A stretch of DNA of 50,856 nt from the NCBI GenBank assembly GCA_004524435.1, contig SDNO01000001.1, forward strand, positions 1 to 50,856, in the 5' to 3' direction. Positions 36,640-46,407 of the stretch are shown here, piece after piece; the first letter of the stretch is position 1, and the number at the start of each line of letters is the position of its first letter. Both the position numbers and the translations under genes were made by a program. The DNA comes from Candidatus Thorarchaeota archaeon. GTDB taxonomy: Archaea; Asgardarchaeota; Thorarchaeia; Thorarchaeales; Thorarchaeaceae. The notes beneath the pieces are model-generated. The model was not told where the DNA came from. It saw only the letters and a list, made by a program, of their open reading frames with translations, and ran no database searches.

Positions 36640-37638
36640 GTGCTCACGCTCACTATTTCTATACAGAATGGTTTATCATCGTCTGAACTTGGTTCGACAT
36701 GGGCGACAAGAGTGAACCTAGTGAACCACATTTCTTTGGATACAGATTTGTCAGCAGCGCAGATTGTACACCGGATGGAACAAATGGGGGTCTTGGGGGC
36801 AGGTCGAATGGGCCGTGCTGCTGCGATAACTGCTCGGATGTTTGAGGATCAAGATTGTTTCACCTATTTGTCGCTGTCCGGACCCATGGTCCCTGGTGGA
36901 CTACGTCTAGTGATATCCCACTTGGTCCGGGATGGACTGATTGATGCAATTGTGACAAGTGGCGCGAACATTGTTCATGACCTCATTGAGGCTTACGGAG
37001 GTAGGCACTATCGTGTACCTGCCGGGCAAGACGATGCAGAACTCAGGTCTGCAGGGATGGGGCGCATTGCAGACATATTTGTGAGGAATGAGGACTTTGA
37101 GGCGTTTGAGAAACGAATATACTCCTTCATGGGGGGCCTTCCAGAATCAGAACGGACCACCCTTGCTCCGAGCGAGTTCCTATCAGAACTCGGGTCCACT
37201 CTGACAGACGACTCCTCGATTGTCAGGCAGGCGTATCTGAACAACGTGCCAATCTTCTCACCTGGGCTCATGGACTCAATGCTTGGATTCCACATGTTCA
37301 CTTTCAGCACTACGAACAGGTTCTCCCTGGACTTTGTCAAGGATCTTCGCATCCTCGGATCGATAGTAACGGAAACCAAGAAGACAGGTGCCATAATGCT
37401 AGGTGGGGGGCTCACTAAACACTTCACCATGGGGAGTACGATTCTCAAGGGAGGTCTCGATATGGCAGTGCAAATAACGTTGGATCGACCAGAGGGCGGC
37501 AGTCTTGGCGGAGCTCCCTTGGTGGAAGGAGTTTCATGGCAGAAGGTTCAGGAAACTGCACGTTTTGAAACCGTGATTGGTGACGCAACGATTCTTTTTC
37601 CCTTCCTGATACTGGGCGCAATCGATAGGTCTGACTGA
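36640..37638 (+). CDS. dys: Deoxyhypusine synthase
   Basis: SGANIVHDLIEAYG and MLGGGLTKHF. The start is uncertain: GTG at 36640, or GTG at 36712/36721, which would give a more typical length. Confidence 0.9.
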   Translation: MLTLTISIQNGLSSSELGSTWATRVNLVNHISLDTDLSAAQIVHRMEQMGVLGAGRMGRAAAITARMFEDQDCFTYLSLSGPMVPGGLRLVISHLVRDGLIDAIVTSGANIVHDLIEAYGGRHYRVPAGQDDAELRSAGMGRIADIFVRNEDFEAFEKRIYSFMGGLPESERTTLAPSEFLSELGSTLTDDSSIVRQAYLNNVPIFSPGLMDSMLGFHMFTFSTTNRFSLDFVKDLRILGSIVTETKKTGAIMLGGGLTKHFTMGSTILKGGLDMAVQITLDRPEGGSLGGAPLVEGVSWQKVQETARFETVIGDATILFPFLILGAIDRSD

Positions 37639-37764
37639 AAACTCTCTCAGGATCTTATCTCCGCGGCGAGAGGCACATGCCATAATGCTTTTATTCAAAC
37701 CTCAAGGCGTTGCAGTGAACTCGGCCATTCAAGGCTATAGACGAATCAACCAAGGTGAATCAAG

Positions 37765-38310
37765 ATGGGTAAACGACCAGGACAATGCTATCGAGAACAA
37801 GATCGTCCTCCATATGTGCGAAAGCGGTACATTCACCGTCAGCCACCATCCCGTATCGTATCCTTTGATATGGGGACCACTAACGGGGACTTTGAAGTAG
37901 TCATGTCCTTGGTTGGTCTTGAGAAATGTCAGATTCGTCATCAGGCTCTTGAAGCAGCGAGAATTGCGGCCAATCGCTGGTTAGTCAGGAATGCAACCCG
38001 CCGCAACTATCATCTTCGTGTGCGTGTCAAGCCATTCCATTATCTTCGCGAGAATAAGATGATCTCGGGCGCCGGTGCAGACCGTGTACAGGATGGTATG
38101 CGAAAGGCATTTGGTAAGGTCATAGGTCTTGCAGCAAGAGTCGATGGAGGACAGGCCATCATGACTGCGAGGGTCAATCGTGAGCACATTGGAGTTGCCA
38201 TGAAGGCTCTCAAGAAGGCAGCACCGAAACTGCCCACTCCGTGCAAAGTAGTATTCGATGAGATAGATCCTGACTTGGCTCGCAAGATGGGATATGGCTA
38301 TGCTGAGTGA
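37765..38310 (+). CDS. rpl10e: 50S ribosomal protein L10e (uL16)
   Basis: MGKRPGQCYREQDRPPYVRKRYI. AGGTGA Shine-Dalgarno and a TTTTATT box upstream. Confidence 0.95.
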   Translation: MGKRPGQCYREQDRPPYVRKRYIHRQPPSRIVSFDMGTTNGDFEVVMSLVGLEKCQIRHQALEAARIAANRWLVRNATRRNYHLRVRVKPFHYLRENKMISGAGADRVQDGMRKAFGKVIGLAARVDGGQAIMTARVNREHIGVAMKALKKAAPKLPTPCKVVFDEIDPDLARKMGYGYAE

Positions 38311-39056
38311 TTCTCCCATTCTCTCAGAGAATCGCGGATCTTCCGTACAGCGCCGATGAGTGTCGTGACCTCGCGTCCAGTAAGATATGAGCGCCCGAGA
38401 AGATTTGCAAAGACTTGTTTGACAAGAGGCCGTCTGAAGTCTCGGAAAGGAATCATATCAACCACCTCATCGAAGAAGATTTTCGCCTGCTCTTTCTCTC
38501 TCCTGTTGGCGGGGCGTGCCGAGGACCGCGAGAAGTCCTCCACATCTGAATAGCGTACAAACATGTGATAGAGTGTCACGGCTACGGCATGACTGAGATT
38601 GAGGCTGGTGTATCTCTCAGACACAGGAATTGAAAATGCCAAGTCGCAGACAGAAATCTCCTCATTGGTGAGTCCCGAACTCTCCCTTCCAAACACAAGA
38701 GCAACTCTTCCATCCAATGAGAGCGGGTCTGGGAGTTCGGGCAGCGGTACCACTGCTCTTGTTACACTGTGATTTCCACCAATCCTTGCAGTGGCGGCCC
38801 ATGAGGCGTGTATATCGCCCAGAGCAGATCCAAGGGTATCGAAGATTCGGGCTGATTCCAGAACCCCTAGGGCATTTACCGAGTAGATCTGTGCTTCCTC
38901 CTCCCCCCGCGGGTCCGTGCCCACAATTCTGAGATCTGACACACCGAAGTTGGCCATCACTCGTGCTGTGAAACCAACATTGCCTGGAGTTTCTGGTTCG
39001 ACAAGCACTATCGCAAGTCTGTCTAGCTCTCCACTCTCGCCCGTCATCAAGATCAT
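38298..39056 (-). CDS. SpoU/TrmH-class RNA 2'-O-methyltransferase (TrmJ-like)
   Basis: LAIVLVEPETPGNVGFTARVMANFG and a SPOUT knot region (LVFGRESSGLTNEE...IPV...SLNLSHAVAV). Confidence 0.85.
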   Translation of the reverse strand: MILMTGESGELDRLAIVLVEPETPGNVGFTARVMANFGVSDLRIVGTDPRGEEEAQIYSVNALGVLESARIFDTLGSALGDIHASWAATARIGGNHSVTRAVVPLPELPDPLSLDGRVALVFGRESSGLTNEEISVCDLAFSIPVSERYTSLNLSHAVAVTLYHMFVRYSDVEDFSRSSARPANRREKEQAKIFFDEVVDMIPFRDFRRPLVKQVFANLLGRSYLTGREVTTLIGAVRKIRDSLREWENHSA

Positions 39057-39069
39057 CTCATTGACTGCT

Positions 39070-40248
39070 TCAGCGATGCATCAGCTGAAGCACATCTCCA
39101 TCTTGAAGTGGATAGTTCAGTCCAACCTGTCTCCTCTTTATCTTTGCTTTCTCTCGGAGAATCACTGCTGCTCTGAATCTCTCTACGAAGAGCTCCTTGT
39201 GAACCTTCTCTGCGGCATCCTCCACTATGGAACCCTCTGGCAAGACTATTGGCTTGTCTTCTCTCTTCTTACCCGGAATCTTTGTGTAGACGCGAAGAAT
39301 GTCCAGGTGTTCATACATGGCCCATTTCATCTTCTCAAGGTTATCCTTGCTCTCAACGCTGACAGGAACAATCTGGAACCTATCTCCGTATTCCTCTTGG
39401 AGATCCTTGTATCGTGCCTCTGAGTGTGCTGAGTCCCCCTTGGTTGCAACCATCATTGCACGAACGTAGGCCACGCTTGAGTCGAGAGCATCTCGTAGAT
39501 GTTCTAGGGTCGCTGGCATCTGAAAACGTACAATCATGTTTGTGAGCTTTCTATTCTTCAGATACTCAACAACCTCATCCTTCGAGCCCTCATAGTAATG
39601 CGCGCCATAGATCATCAGACCACCCATTCCAGTCCTCTCTACTCTGACTGCACTCTTCTCCCTGTTCAGACGAATCCTGGCCTTGTCAAGTTCTCCCATG
39701 ATTATGTTCATCTGCCTGTCAATGTCCTGAGACAGGTCGATAATCAGAGCAATACAATCCGAATTCCTAGCCACTGATAGAGACTGGCGTCCAATCGCAG
39801 AGTCATAACTCCCTTCAAAGAGGCCGGGGAGCTCCACAAGCTGAATATTGATGTCCTCGAGCTTCATCATTGCTGGTGTTGGGATGGGTGTTGAGAGGGG
39901 ATAATCTGCCACCGTAAGTTCTGCATTTGTGACTGCATTTATTAATGCAGATTTTCCGCTATTGGCCACGCCAACAAGGCAGATCTGTCCTGCGCCCTCC
40001 TTACGAATGACTCCTTCTTCTGGGCCTGCACTGGCCTTTCGTTGTCGTTCTTGTTCCCGCCTTTTCTCGAGCTCCGCCTTGAGTTTGGCCAGCTTCTTAC
40101 GGTAGTCGCCAACCATTCTCTCAGCGCCCTTGTGGTTGGGGGCAAGACCGAGGAGTTTCTCAAGTTCCACTATCCTCTGCTCGAGGTTCTCTGTGTCCTC
40201 GTAGATTTGCCTTTGTTTGTCGAACTCAGGAGTAACATTCGTCGGCAA
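39070..40248 (-). CDS. DRG-family (Obg-class) GTPase with a C-terminal TGS domain
   Basis: The N-terminal helix NHKGAERMVGDYRKKLAKLKAEL matches the DRG pattern. G1 is GVANSGKS and the TGS region is ILRVYTKIPGKK...LQDGDVLQL. G3 (ELPG) and G4 (TKGD) are non-canonical. Confidence 0.9.
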   Translation of the reverse strand: MPTNVTPEFDKQRQIYEDTENLEQRIVELEKLLGLAPNHKGAERMVGDYRKKLAKLKAELEKRREQERQRKASAGPEEGVIRKEGAGQICLVGVANSGKSALINAVTNAELTVADYPLSTPIPTPAMMKLEDINIQLVELPGLFEGSYDSAIGRQSLSVARNSDCIALIIDLSQDIDRQMNIIMGELDKARIRLNREKSAVRVERTGMGGLMIYGAHYYEGSKDEVVEYLKNRKLTNMIVRFQMPATLEHLRDALDSSVAYVRAMMVATKGDSAHSEARYKDLQEEYGDRFQIVPVSVESKDNLEKMKWAMYEHLDILRVYTKIPGKKREDKPIVLPEGSIVEDAAEKVHKELFVERFRAAVILREKAKIKRRQVGLNYPLQDGDVLQLMHR

Positions 40249-40329
40249 TCTAACTCACACTCATGAATAGGCTGTCAATATTTGATGTCTTTGACGCTCT
40301 CATTATGAAGCTTTCCTAAAGGAACAATC

Positions 40330-40893
40330 TCATGAATAGTCAAAGGCTCTGTTCAAATCATTGATGAAACGTTCAGGATGTTCAGGTTTCCAGAGAAGGT
40401 CGAAGGAGAAATCTGATGGATTGATACCAAGGGGGCTATCGACTGGATATAGGAAGATGCTCTCCGGTTTCAGACGAATCTGCCTAGGCATGATCTCGGA
40501 TGATGGGTCTGCCAAGTAGACCTGACTCTTGGAGAGCGAGTCCAGCATCTCATCAGGTGTACATTTCTCCACTCTTATTCCATTGTTCATTGTTGCCTCC
40601 TCCCCAGAGGCTATCCTCTCAAGATGATCTGCTGCTTTCATGATGAAGAAGGATATCGAACGCTCGTCTGGGGAGACCCGTTTCAACCTATCTCCTGGAA
40701 ATGTGATGAACGAAACTCCGTCATCTTCACACTGACTAAGTACGATTTGAACATCTCTTCTGAGGTTTCCTGAGACGAATAATGCTATATTGACACAGCG
40801 ACAGGCAGTCACCAAGGACTGCGGATTCCTCCCGACCCTTATTCTACTCTTTTCAATTGGCAGAGAATCGAACACTATCATGTATGTACGCAA
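40330..40893 (-). CDS. trmY: tRNA (pseudouridine54-N1)-methyltransferase TrmY-like SPOUT protein
   Basis: CRCVNIALFVSGNLRRDV and LKRVSPDERSISFFIMKA match the motifs I recall for archaeal TrmY (DUF358). Confidence 0.7.
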   Translation of the reverse strand: MRTYMIVFDSLPIEKSRIRVGRNPQSLVTACRCVNIALFVSGNLRRDVQIVLSQCEDDGVSFITFPGDRLKRVSPDERSISFFIMKAADHLERIASGEEATMNNGIRVEKCTPDEMLDSLSKSQVYLADPSSEIMPRQIRLKPESIFLYPVDSPLGINPSDFSFDLLWKPEHPERFINDLNRAFDYS

Positions 40894-40931
40894 TAATCCC
40901 CTCTCCCTCTCACATATTCTCAGGAGTGCAA

Positions 40932-42308
40932 CTACATCCCTGGCATTCCAGGTATTCCGGGAAAGCCCCCTCTTCTCCCTCTCCGTTGCTTGCTCATCGC
41001 CTTCATCATCTTCTTCATCTGTTCGTACTGCTTCAGAAGCTCTCTGACATCTTCTGGCTGAACCCCTGCTCCTCGGGCAATGCGCTGTATCCGTGATGAC
41101 TTGATCACCTTGGGATTATCGAGCTCTTCTTTCGTCATGGAATTCATTATGACCTCGAATTTCTTGAGATTCTCTTCCTGTAGTTCAGCGACATCATCAG
41201 GAAGCTTGTACTGCAGTCCCAGCATCTCCATGACCTTCCCAATCGGTCCCATCTTCTTCAGCTGCTTCATCTGAACCATCATGTCCTTCAGCGTGAACTG
41301 CCCCTTCATCAGACGCATGGCCGCATCTTCATCAACATCTATCTGTGCCTCTCTCACCTTGTCGATGAGGCCTTTGATGTCTGACATTCCGAGAAGTCGT
41401 CCTGCGAACTTCGTGGGATTGAACGGTTCAATAGCATCCATTCCCTCGCCAGTGCCAATGAATTTGATTGGCGCTCCGGTAGCAGCGACAGCAGAGAGAG
41501 CCCCACCGCCCTTTGCCCCACCATCAAGCTTGGTGACAATTATGGATCCGATGTTAGTTGCCTCCTTAAAAGCGGTGGCCTGTGCACCGGCCTGTTGTCC
41601 TAGAGTACCATCAATCACTAGGACGATCTCTTGTGGCTTGACTGATTTTGAGATGTCCTTCATTTCCTTGATGAGTCCTGATTCCTCTCGATGTCGACCA
41701 GAAGTGTCTATGAGAATGAGTTCGACGTCTTTCTTCTTCATCTCCTCCACACCGCGCTTGGCGAGTTTGGAGGCATTGTCCTCATCCTCATCACCATAGA
41801 ATGGCACATTTGACTTCTCTGCCAGCTGCCTGAGTTGGCTGTATGCTCCGGGTCGGAAATTGTCAGCACAAATCACTCCACTGCGGATCCCCCTCTTCTG
41901 ATAGTATCGAGCAAGCTTCCCCACAGTAGTGGTCTTCCCTGAGCCCTGGATTCCAACCAGCATTATGACATTCGGCTGTCCCGGCTGTATGGTGAGGGGA
42001 ACTGGTTTCTCTCCCAAGAACAGTGCAAGATTGTCCCAGACAACTCTCACAATATGCTCTCGTCTAGATACGCCTCGCGGGAGGCTCTCATCGAGGGCCT
42101 GTTCTTGAACCCTCTCTGTTATTGCAAGAACAAGGTTCACGTCAACATCTGCCTGCAAAAGCGCTCGCTGAAGATCCTTGACAAGCTCTTTGACTAGTTC
42201 TTCATCGACAACACTTGCACCGAAGAGTCGCTTCAGAGCAGAATTGAGTGACCTTCCGAGACCTTCTAAGACCAAGTCAATATCACCAATCTTACGGTCC
42301 TTCGTCAA
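40932..42308 (-). CDS. srp54: Signal recognition particle protein SRP54
   Basis: NG domain with GIQGSGKTTT, DTSGRH and TKLDG. Met-rich M domain with QYEQMKKMMKAM. Confidence 0.96.
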   Translation of the reverse strand: MTKDRKIGDIDLVLEGLGRSLNSALKRLFGASVVDEELVKELVKDLQRALLQADVDVNLVLAITERVQEQALDESLPRGVSRREHIVRVVWDNLALFLGEKPVPLTIQPGQPNVIMLVGIQGSGKTTTVGKLARYYQKRGIRSGVICADNFRPGAYSQLRQLAEKSNVPFYGDEDEDNASKLAKRGVEEMKKKDVELILIDTSGRHREESGLIKEMKDISKSVKPQEIVLVIDGTLGQQAGAQATAFKEATNIGSIIVTKLDGGAKGGGALSAVAATGAPIKFIGTGEGMDAIEPFNPTKFAGRLLGMSDIKGLIDKVREAQIDVDEDAAMRLMKGQFTLKDMMVQMKQLKKMGPIGKVMEMLGLQYKLPDDVAELQEENLKKFEVIMNSMTKEELDNPKVIKSSRIQRIARGAGVQPEDVRELLKQYEQMKKMMKAMSKQRRGRRGGFPGIPGMPGM

Positions 42309-42411
42309 TAGGTGTACATATCAACCTTCGCCTGTCTGCGCGTACGTCCTCAAAGGGGAAAGGCTAATACATGGTGTGCGAGGCTCAAGTCACAGTCCAT
42401 TGGTGATTATC

Positions 42412-42897
42412 TTGGCCAAGACCGACAGCGGCAAAATCCGAATTGTCAAAATACACAACGGAACCGTCATTGATCATATCCGTGCCGGTCATGCACTTGA
42501 TGTATTGCAGATTCTAGGAATATCTGGAAGAGAAGAGAATACGGTCACCTTGGCTATGAATATCTCAAGTTCAAGAATTGGCACCAAGGACATTGTGAAA
42601 GTCGAGGACCGTTTTCTTGAAGATGAAGAGGTTGCGCGGATTGCACTCGTCGCACCTGAGGCAACGATAAACCTCATCAAAGACGACCAGGTTGTACGGA
42701 AGACTCGGGTGAAACTCCCCCCCACTTTCACTAATATCGTAAGATGCCCTAATACTCGGTGCATAACCAACAAGGAACGCGAGCCTATCGCACCCAAGTA
42801 TCAGGTGGTTTCTACGGCTCCCATCAAAATCAAGTGCCTGTATTGCTGGACATTGCTTGATGAGCGGGAGATTGTGGAACGGTTCACGATGTACTGA
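42412..42897 (+). CDS. pyrI: Aspartate carbamoyltransferase regulatory chain
   Basis: VKIHNGTVIDHI and zinc domain CPNTRC...CLYC. TTG start 5 nt after GGTGAT. The longest ORF from 42178 overlaps srp54 and is rejected. Confidence 0.9.
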   Translation: MAKTDSGKIRIVKIHNGTVIDHIRAGHALDVLQILGISGREENTVTLAMNISSSRIGTKDIVKVEDRFLEDEEVARIALVAPEATINLIKDDQVVRKTRVKLPPTFTNIVRCPNTRCITNKEREPIAPKYQVVSTAPIKIKCLYCWTLLDEREIVERFTMY

Positions 42898-42960
42898 TTC
42901 CTTCATTCCAAACTCTTTTTTAGATTACCGGAGGAGCAGAGTCCATAACACCAATCGCGT

Positions 42961-43296
42961 ATGGGTGGTCTTATGGTAAGTGACAAGATTGCTGTGATTG
43001 GAGACCGTGATACTGTCACGGGCTTCAGAATGGTAGGTGTTAGTCAATCCGCCGTACCCAAGACCCCCGGCCAGATACAAGAGAGCCTGATGAGATTCTT
43101 CAGAGACCCCTCAATGGGCCTGATACTCATCACGGAGCCTCTGGCAGAACAGATCGAAGACACAATCCTTGAGCTCTCAGCTGCCCCTGTTCCTGTCATA
43201 CTTCTCATTCCGAATCGAGACGGCACTACAGGAACATATGAGATCGTACTGCGTGAACTCATCCGGAAGGCAGTGGGAATTGAGATCAACATCTAG
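42961..43296 (+). CDS. atpF: A-type (V-type) ATP synthase subunit F
   Basis: KIAVIGDRDTVTGFRMVGV. About 110 aa, immediately upstream of atpA. Confidence 0.88.
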   Translation: MGGLMVSDKIAVIGDRDTVTGFRMVGVSQSAVPKTPGQIQESLMRFFRDPSMGLILITEPLAEQIEDTILELSAAPVPVILLIPNRDGTTGTYEIVLRELIRKAVGIEINI

Positions 43297-43317
43297 GCTA
43301 TTGTGGTGACTTGAATC

Positions 43318-45108
43318 ATGGCGAAGACGGGTAGAATCGAGAGTATTGCCGGACCAGTAGTCAGGTGTAGCGGCATTCCCTCAGTACAGATGTATGAAGT
43401 CATTCGCGTCGGTAATGAGAAACTCATGGGCGAAGTAATTGAGGTTGGGGATGAGGAATTCACTGCTCAGGTATACGAAGAAACCTCAGGTGTATCACCG
43501 GGTGAGCCTGTCACCGCTACTGGTGACGCCCTTTCTGTGGAGTTGGGCCCCGGTCTCGTCGGTTCTATCTATGATGGGATCCAACGTCCATTGCCTGAGC
43601 TACGAGAGATATCCGGAGATTTCATCACTCGCGGTCTGTCCGTCGAAGGGCTTGATAAGGAGAAGAAATGGCATTTCACTCCCTCGGTTGAAGTGGGGGA
43701 GGGCGTATCTCCTGGTCACATCATTGGTACAGTCCCAGAAACCGGAATCATCACCTCCAAGATTATGATTCCTGTGGGGGTCGAGGGCGAGATTGTTGAG
43801 ATTGTTCCAGAGGGGGACTACACCGTAGTAGAAACAATCTGCAAGGTGAAGGACCGCTATGAGGACACTCACGAAATAATCATGATGCAAAGGACTGCCG
43901 TCCGTGGGGGACGACCCTTCAAAGAGCGTGTTGGAATGGATACCCCCCTGATAACAGGACAGCGAGTCATCGACACATTCATGCCTCAGGCAAAGGGCGG
44001 TACAGGTGCCATTCCAGGTGGGTTTGGCACAGGAAAGACTGTGACTCTACACCAGTTCGCCAAGTGGGCAGACGCCCAAGTGGTTGTATATGTTGGATGT
44101 GGTGAACGGGGAAATGAGATGACTGAGGCTCTTGAGGAATGGCCCGAGCTCAATGACCCCCAGAGCGGTAGACCTCTCATGGAACGGACAGTGTTGATTG
44201 CCAATACATCTAACATGCCTGTCGCTGCCCGCGAAGCCTCTATCTATGTGGGCGTCACAATTGCTGAATATTTCCGAGACCAAGGCTACGATGTTGCTCT
44301 CATGGCAGATTCAACCTCAAGATGGGCTGAGGCCCTCAGGGAGATCTCAGGCCGACTTGGTCAGCTTCCTTCAGAAGAGGGATATCCTGCGTACTTGGGC
44401 TCGAGACTGGCTCAGTTCTATGAACGTGCCGGGAAAGTGACACCTCTAGGTTCCAAAGAGGATACAGGCTCGATAACGATCTGTGGTGCAGTGTCACCTC
44501 CCGGTGGTGACTTCTCAGAACCTGTGACCCAGGCCACTCTGCGAATTGTCAAGGTCTTCTGGGCTTTAGACAAAGACCTTGCAGCAAGACGATTCTTCCC
44601 GGCAATTAACACGCTTACTAGCTACTCTCTCTATCACAGTAATCTCAAGGAGTGGCATAAGGAGCACCTTGGGCCCGATTGGCCCGATATCGTGAGAAAA
44701 GCGACAGCAATCCTCCAGAAGGATCAAGAGCTACGTGAGATAGTACAGTTGGTGGGTCCCGATGCTCTGCCGGAGTCTGAACGTGCAACTCTTGAATCTG
44801 CACGGATGATCAAGGAGGATTTCTTGACACAGAGTGCACTTCATGAGGTTGATACCTATTGTCCCATCGGCAAGACGTACCGGATGCTTCGTATTATCAC
44901 CAATTTCTCAGAGAAGATGGCCAAGGCTGTTTCCATGGGCGTTCAGGTTCGAAGAATCTTAGAATTCAGTGTACTAGACAACATAGCTCGGATGAAGATT
45001 GCACCCTGGGACTCTTACGATAAGACAATGGACACCATTGAGAAGAAAATGGAGCGAGAGTTTCAGTCACTCTTCGATGATATTACGGACGCGGGAGCTA
45101 CCATCTGA
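43318..45108 (+). CDS. atpA: A-type ATP synthase catalytic subunit A
   Basis: Walker [10 protein letters not shown] and the non-homologous insertion region typical of A subunits. 596 aa, a normal length with no intein. Confidence 0.97.
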   Translation: MAKTGRIESIAGPVVRCSGIPSVQMYEVIRVGNEKLMGEVIEVGDEEFTAQVYEETSGVSPGEPVTATGDALSVELGPGLVGSIYDGIQRPLPELREISGDFITRGLSVEGLDKEKKWHFTPSVEVGEGVSPGHIIGTVPETGIITSKIMIPVGVEGEIVEIVPEGDYTVVETICKVKDRYEDTHEIIMMQRTAVRGGRPFKERVGMDTPLITGQRVIDTFMPQAKGGTGAIPGGFGTGKTVTLHQFAKWADAQVVVYVGCGERGNEMTEALEEWPELNDPQSGRPLMERTVLIANTSNMPVAAREASIYVGVTIAEYFRDQGYDVALMADSTSRWAEALREISGRLGQLPSEEGYPAYLGSRLAQFYERAGKVTPLGSKEDTGSITICGAVSPPGGDFSEPVTQATLRIVKVFWALDKDLAARRFFPAINTLTSYSLYHSNLKEWHKEHLGPDWPDIVRKATAILQKDQELREIVQLVGPDALPESERATLESARMIKEDFLTQSALHEVDTYCPIGKTYRMLRIITNFSEKMAKAVSMGVQVRRILEFSVLDNIARMKIAPWDSYDKTMDTIEKKMEREFQSLFDDITDAGATI

Positions 45109-45188
45109 AGTATTTCCTAGGTGGTCCCCCAGAAACCGACATTGGGTTGACCTTTTTAGTCATAGAGTTCAATTCTCGCTTGATTGGA

Positions 45189-45740
45189 ATGAGCAGGCAG
45201 GAGTCACTAGAGGAGCTACACCAAGAGATCAGGCACTGCGAAAATTGTCACTTGTACAAGACTCGGACCCATACAGTTGTGGGAGAAGGCCCTGTCGACG
45301 CTCGACTCATGTTTGTGGGAGAGGCACCAGGAAGGGAGGAAGATAAGACAGGTCGTCCTTTTGTGGGGCGGTCAGGTGAGCTTCTCATTGATTTGCTGAA
45401 CAAGATTGGTCTATCTCGGGAGAGTGTCTTCATCACATCTGTTCTCAAGTGTAGACCTCCCGGGAACAGAACTCCCCGGAAGGAGGAGATTGAGACCTGC
45501 CTCCCCTATCTCCACCGGCAGATTGAGATAGTACGGCCTGATATCATTGTGTTACTAGGGGGCGTTGCAACCTCTTCTTTGATAGGTCCTTGGAAGCTAT
45601 CCGACGCACACGGTAGATTCTACGAAGCAAACGGAGATGCCTACTTCATAACGTATCATCCTGCAGCAGCTCTCAGATTTCCAAAGATGAAATCTCGAAT
45701 CGAGAAGGATTTCGAGATTCTAGAAGGGGAACTCAAGTAG
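45189..45740 (+). CDS. udg: Uracil-DNA glycosylase, family 4
   Basis: CENCHL (Fe-S Cys), GEGPVDARLMFVGEAPGREED, PFVGRSG, CRPPGNRTP, HPAAALR. Confidence 0.9.
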   Translation: MSRQESLEELHQEIRHCENCHLYKTRTHTVVGEGPVDARLMFVGEAPGREEDKTGRPFVGRSGELLIDLLNKIGLSRESVFITSVLKCRPPGNRTPRKEEIETCLPYLHRQIEIVRPDIIVLLGGVATSSLIGPWKLSDAHGRFYEANGDAYFITYHPAAALRFPKMKSRIEKDFEILEGELK

Positions 45741-45741
45741 C

Positions 45742-45767
45742 GGTGATTATATTCACTGGTAATCACC
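45742..45767 (+). terminator. Perfect 8-bp hairpin immediately after the udg stop
   Basis: GGTGATTA-(10 nt)-TAATCACC. It lies between udg and the following membrane-protein gene, with no obvious T tract. Confidence 0.4.
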
Positions 45768-45783
45768 TAATACCGTGAGCACA

Positions 45784-46296
45784 ATGGGCGGCACTCTGCT
45801 CTTCTCATTACTGCTGCAAGTTCCTCTCCCAGATGAACAGATGCAGTCTTGGTTAGATACGATTGCTTTCATATTCAACGTTCTTTATGCCCTTTCTATC
45901 AGAGGATACTTCATCCTAGTACTTGTAGGACTCATGGTGTTCGTTTCTTCGATGAGTGACTCACTGGCAAAGACACTGATTGGCATCGGCATCACGCTCT
46001 ACTTCGTAGGGCCATATCTTGTTGAGCTATTTGCGGGCTTTGCCAGTATCGAGGGTATCACTTTGGAAACAGCCACCCAAGCATGGTTGGCTCTGTTTGG
46101 TATGAATGACGCTGAGATGGTGGCATTGTTGCTGTTCATCGCAGAAATCATGGTTGCTGTGGCGATATTAGGGGGTGCTATTCTCTACTTCACCCCCTCA
46201 TCGAGAGAGATGAAGAGCAAAGGGCGATCACTGGTTGTTCGTGCGCTGATGCTGGCGCCTGTGATGGTCTTCTTTGAGATTTCCTTCTGGTTGTAA
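45784..46296 (+). CDS. Hypothetical membrane protein (about 4-5 TM)
   Basis: Hydrophobic 170-aa ORF between udg and atpB. No family recognised. Confidence 0.6.
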   Translation: MGGTLLFSLLLQVPLPDEQMQSWLDTIAFIFNVLYALSIRGYFILVLVGLMVFVSSMSDSLAKTLIGIGITLYFVGPYLVELFAGFASIEGITLETATQAWLALFGMNDAEMVALLLFIAEIMVAVAILGGAILYFTPSSREMKSKGRSLVVRALMLAPVMVFFEISFWL

Positions 46297-46407
46297 ATCG
46301 TCTTCCGAGAACTGCCAGAATACAGCTTCTCTGTAGAGCAACTCTTAAATCAAGAACACCTTCTACGGGCGCTTGTAGCTCGAATACAGCCCGAGGCGGC
46401 TTCTCGC

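Noticed and set aside
36600-36640. Possible tRNA gene, based on GGGTTCGGGTCCGAATCTCCCGG
   Set aside because: The T-loop would be 9 nt. I could not find a matching 5' acceptor strand (GCCTCCA/CCTCCAC), D-arm or anticodon arm within 200 nt, even allowing for introns. It is kept only as a possible structured element.
42178-42411. N-terminal extension of the pyrI ORF (longest ORF starts at 42178)
   Set aside because: It overlaps the 5' part of srp54 on the other strand and translates to low-complexity sequence. PyrI homology begins only near 42412, where a GGTGAT Shine-Dalgarno precedes a TTG.
43318-45108. Possible intein in atpA, as found in some archaea
   Set aside because: The 596-aa length is normal for an A subunit, and the sequence runs continuously through the Walker A and catalytic regions.
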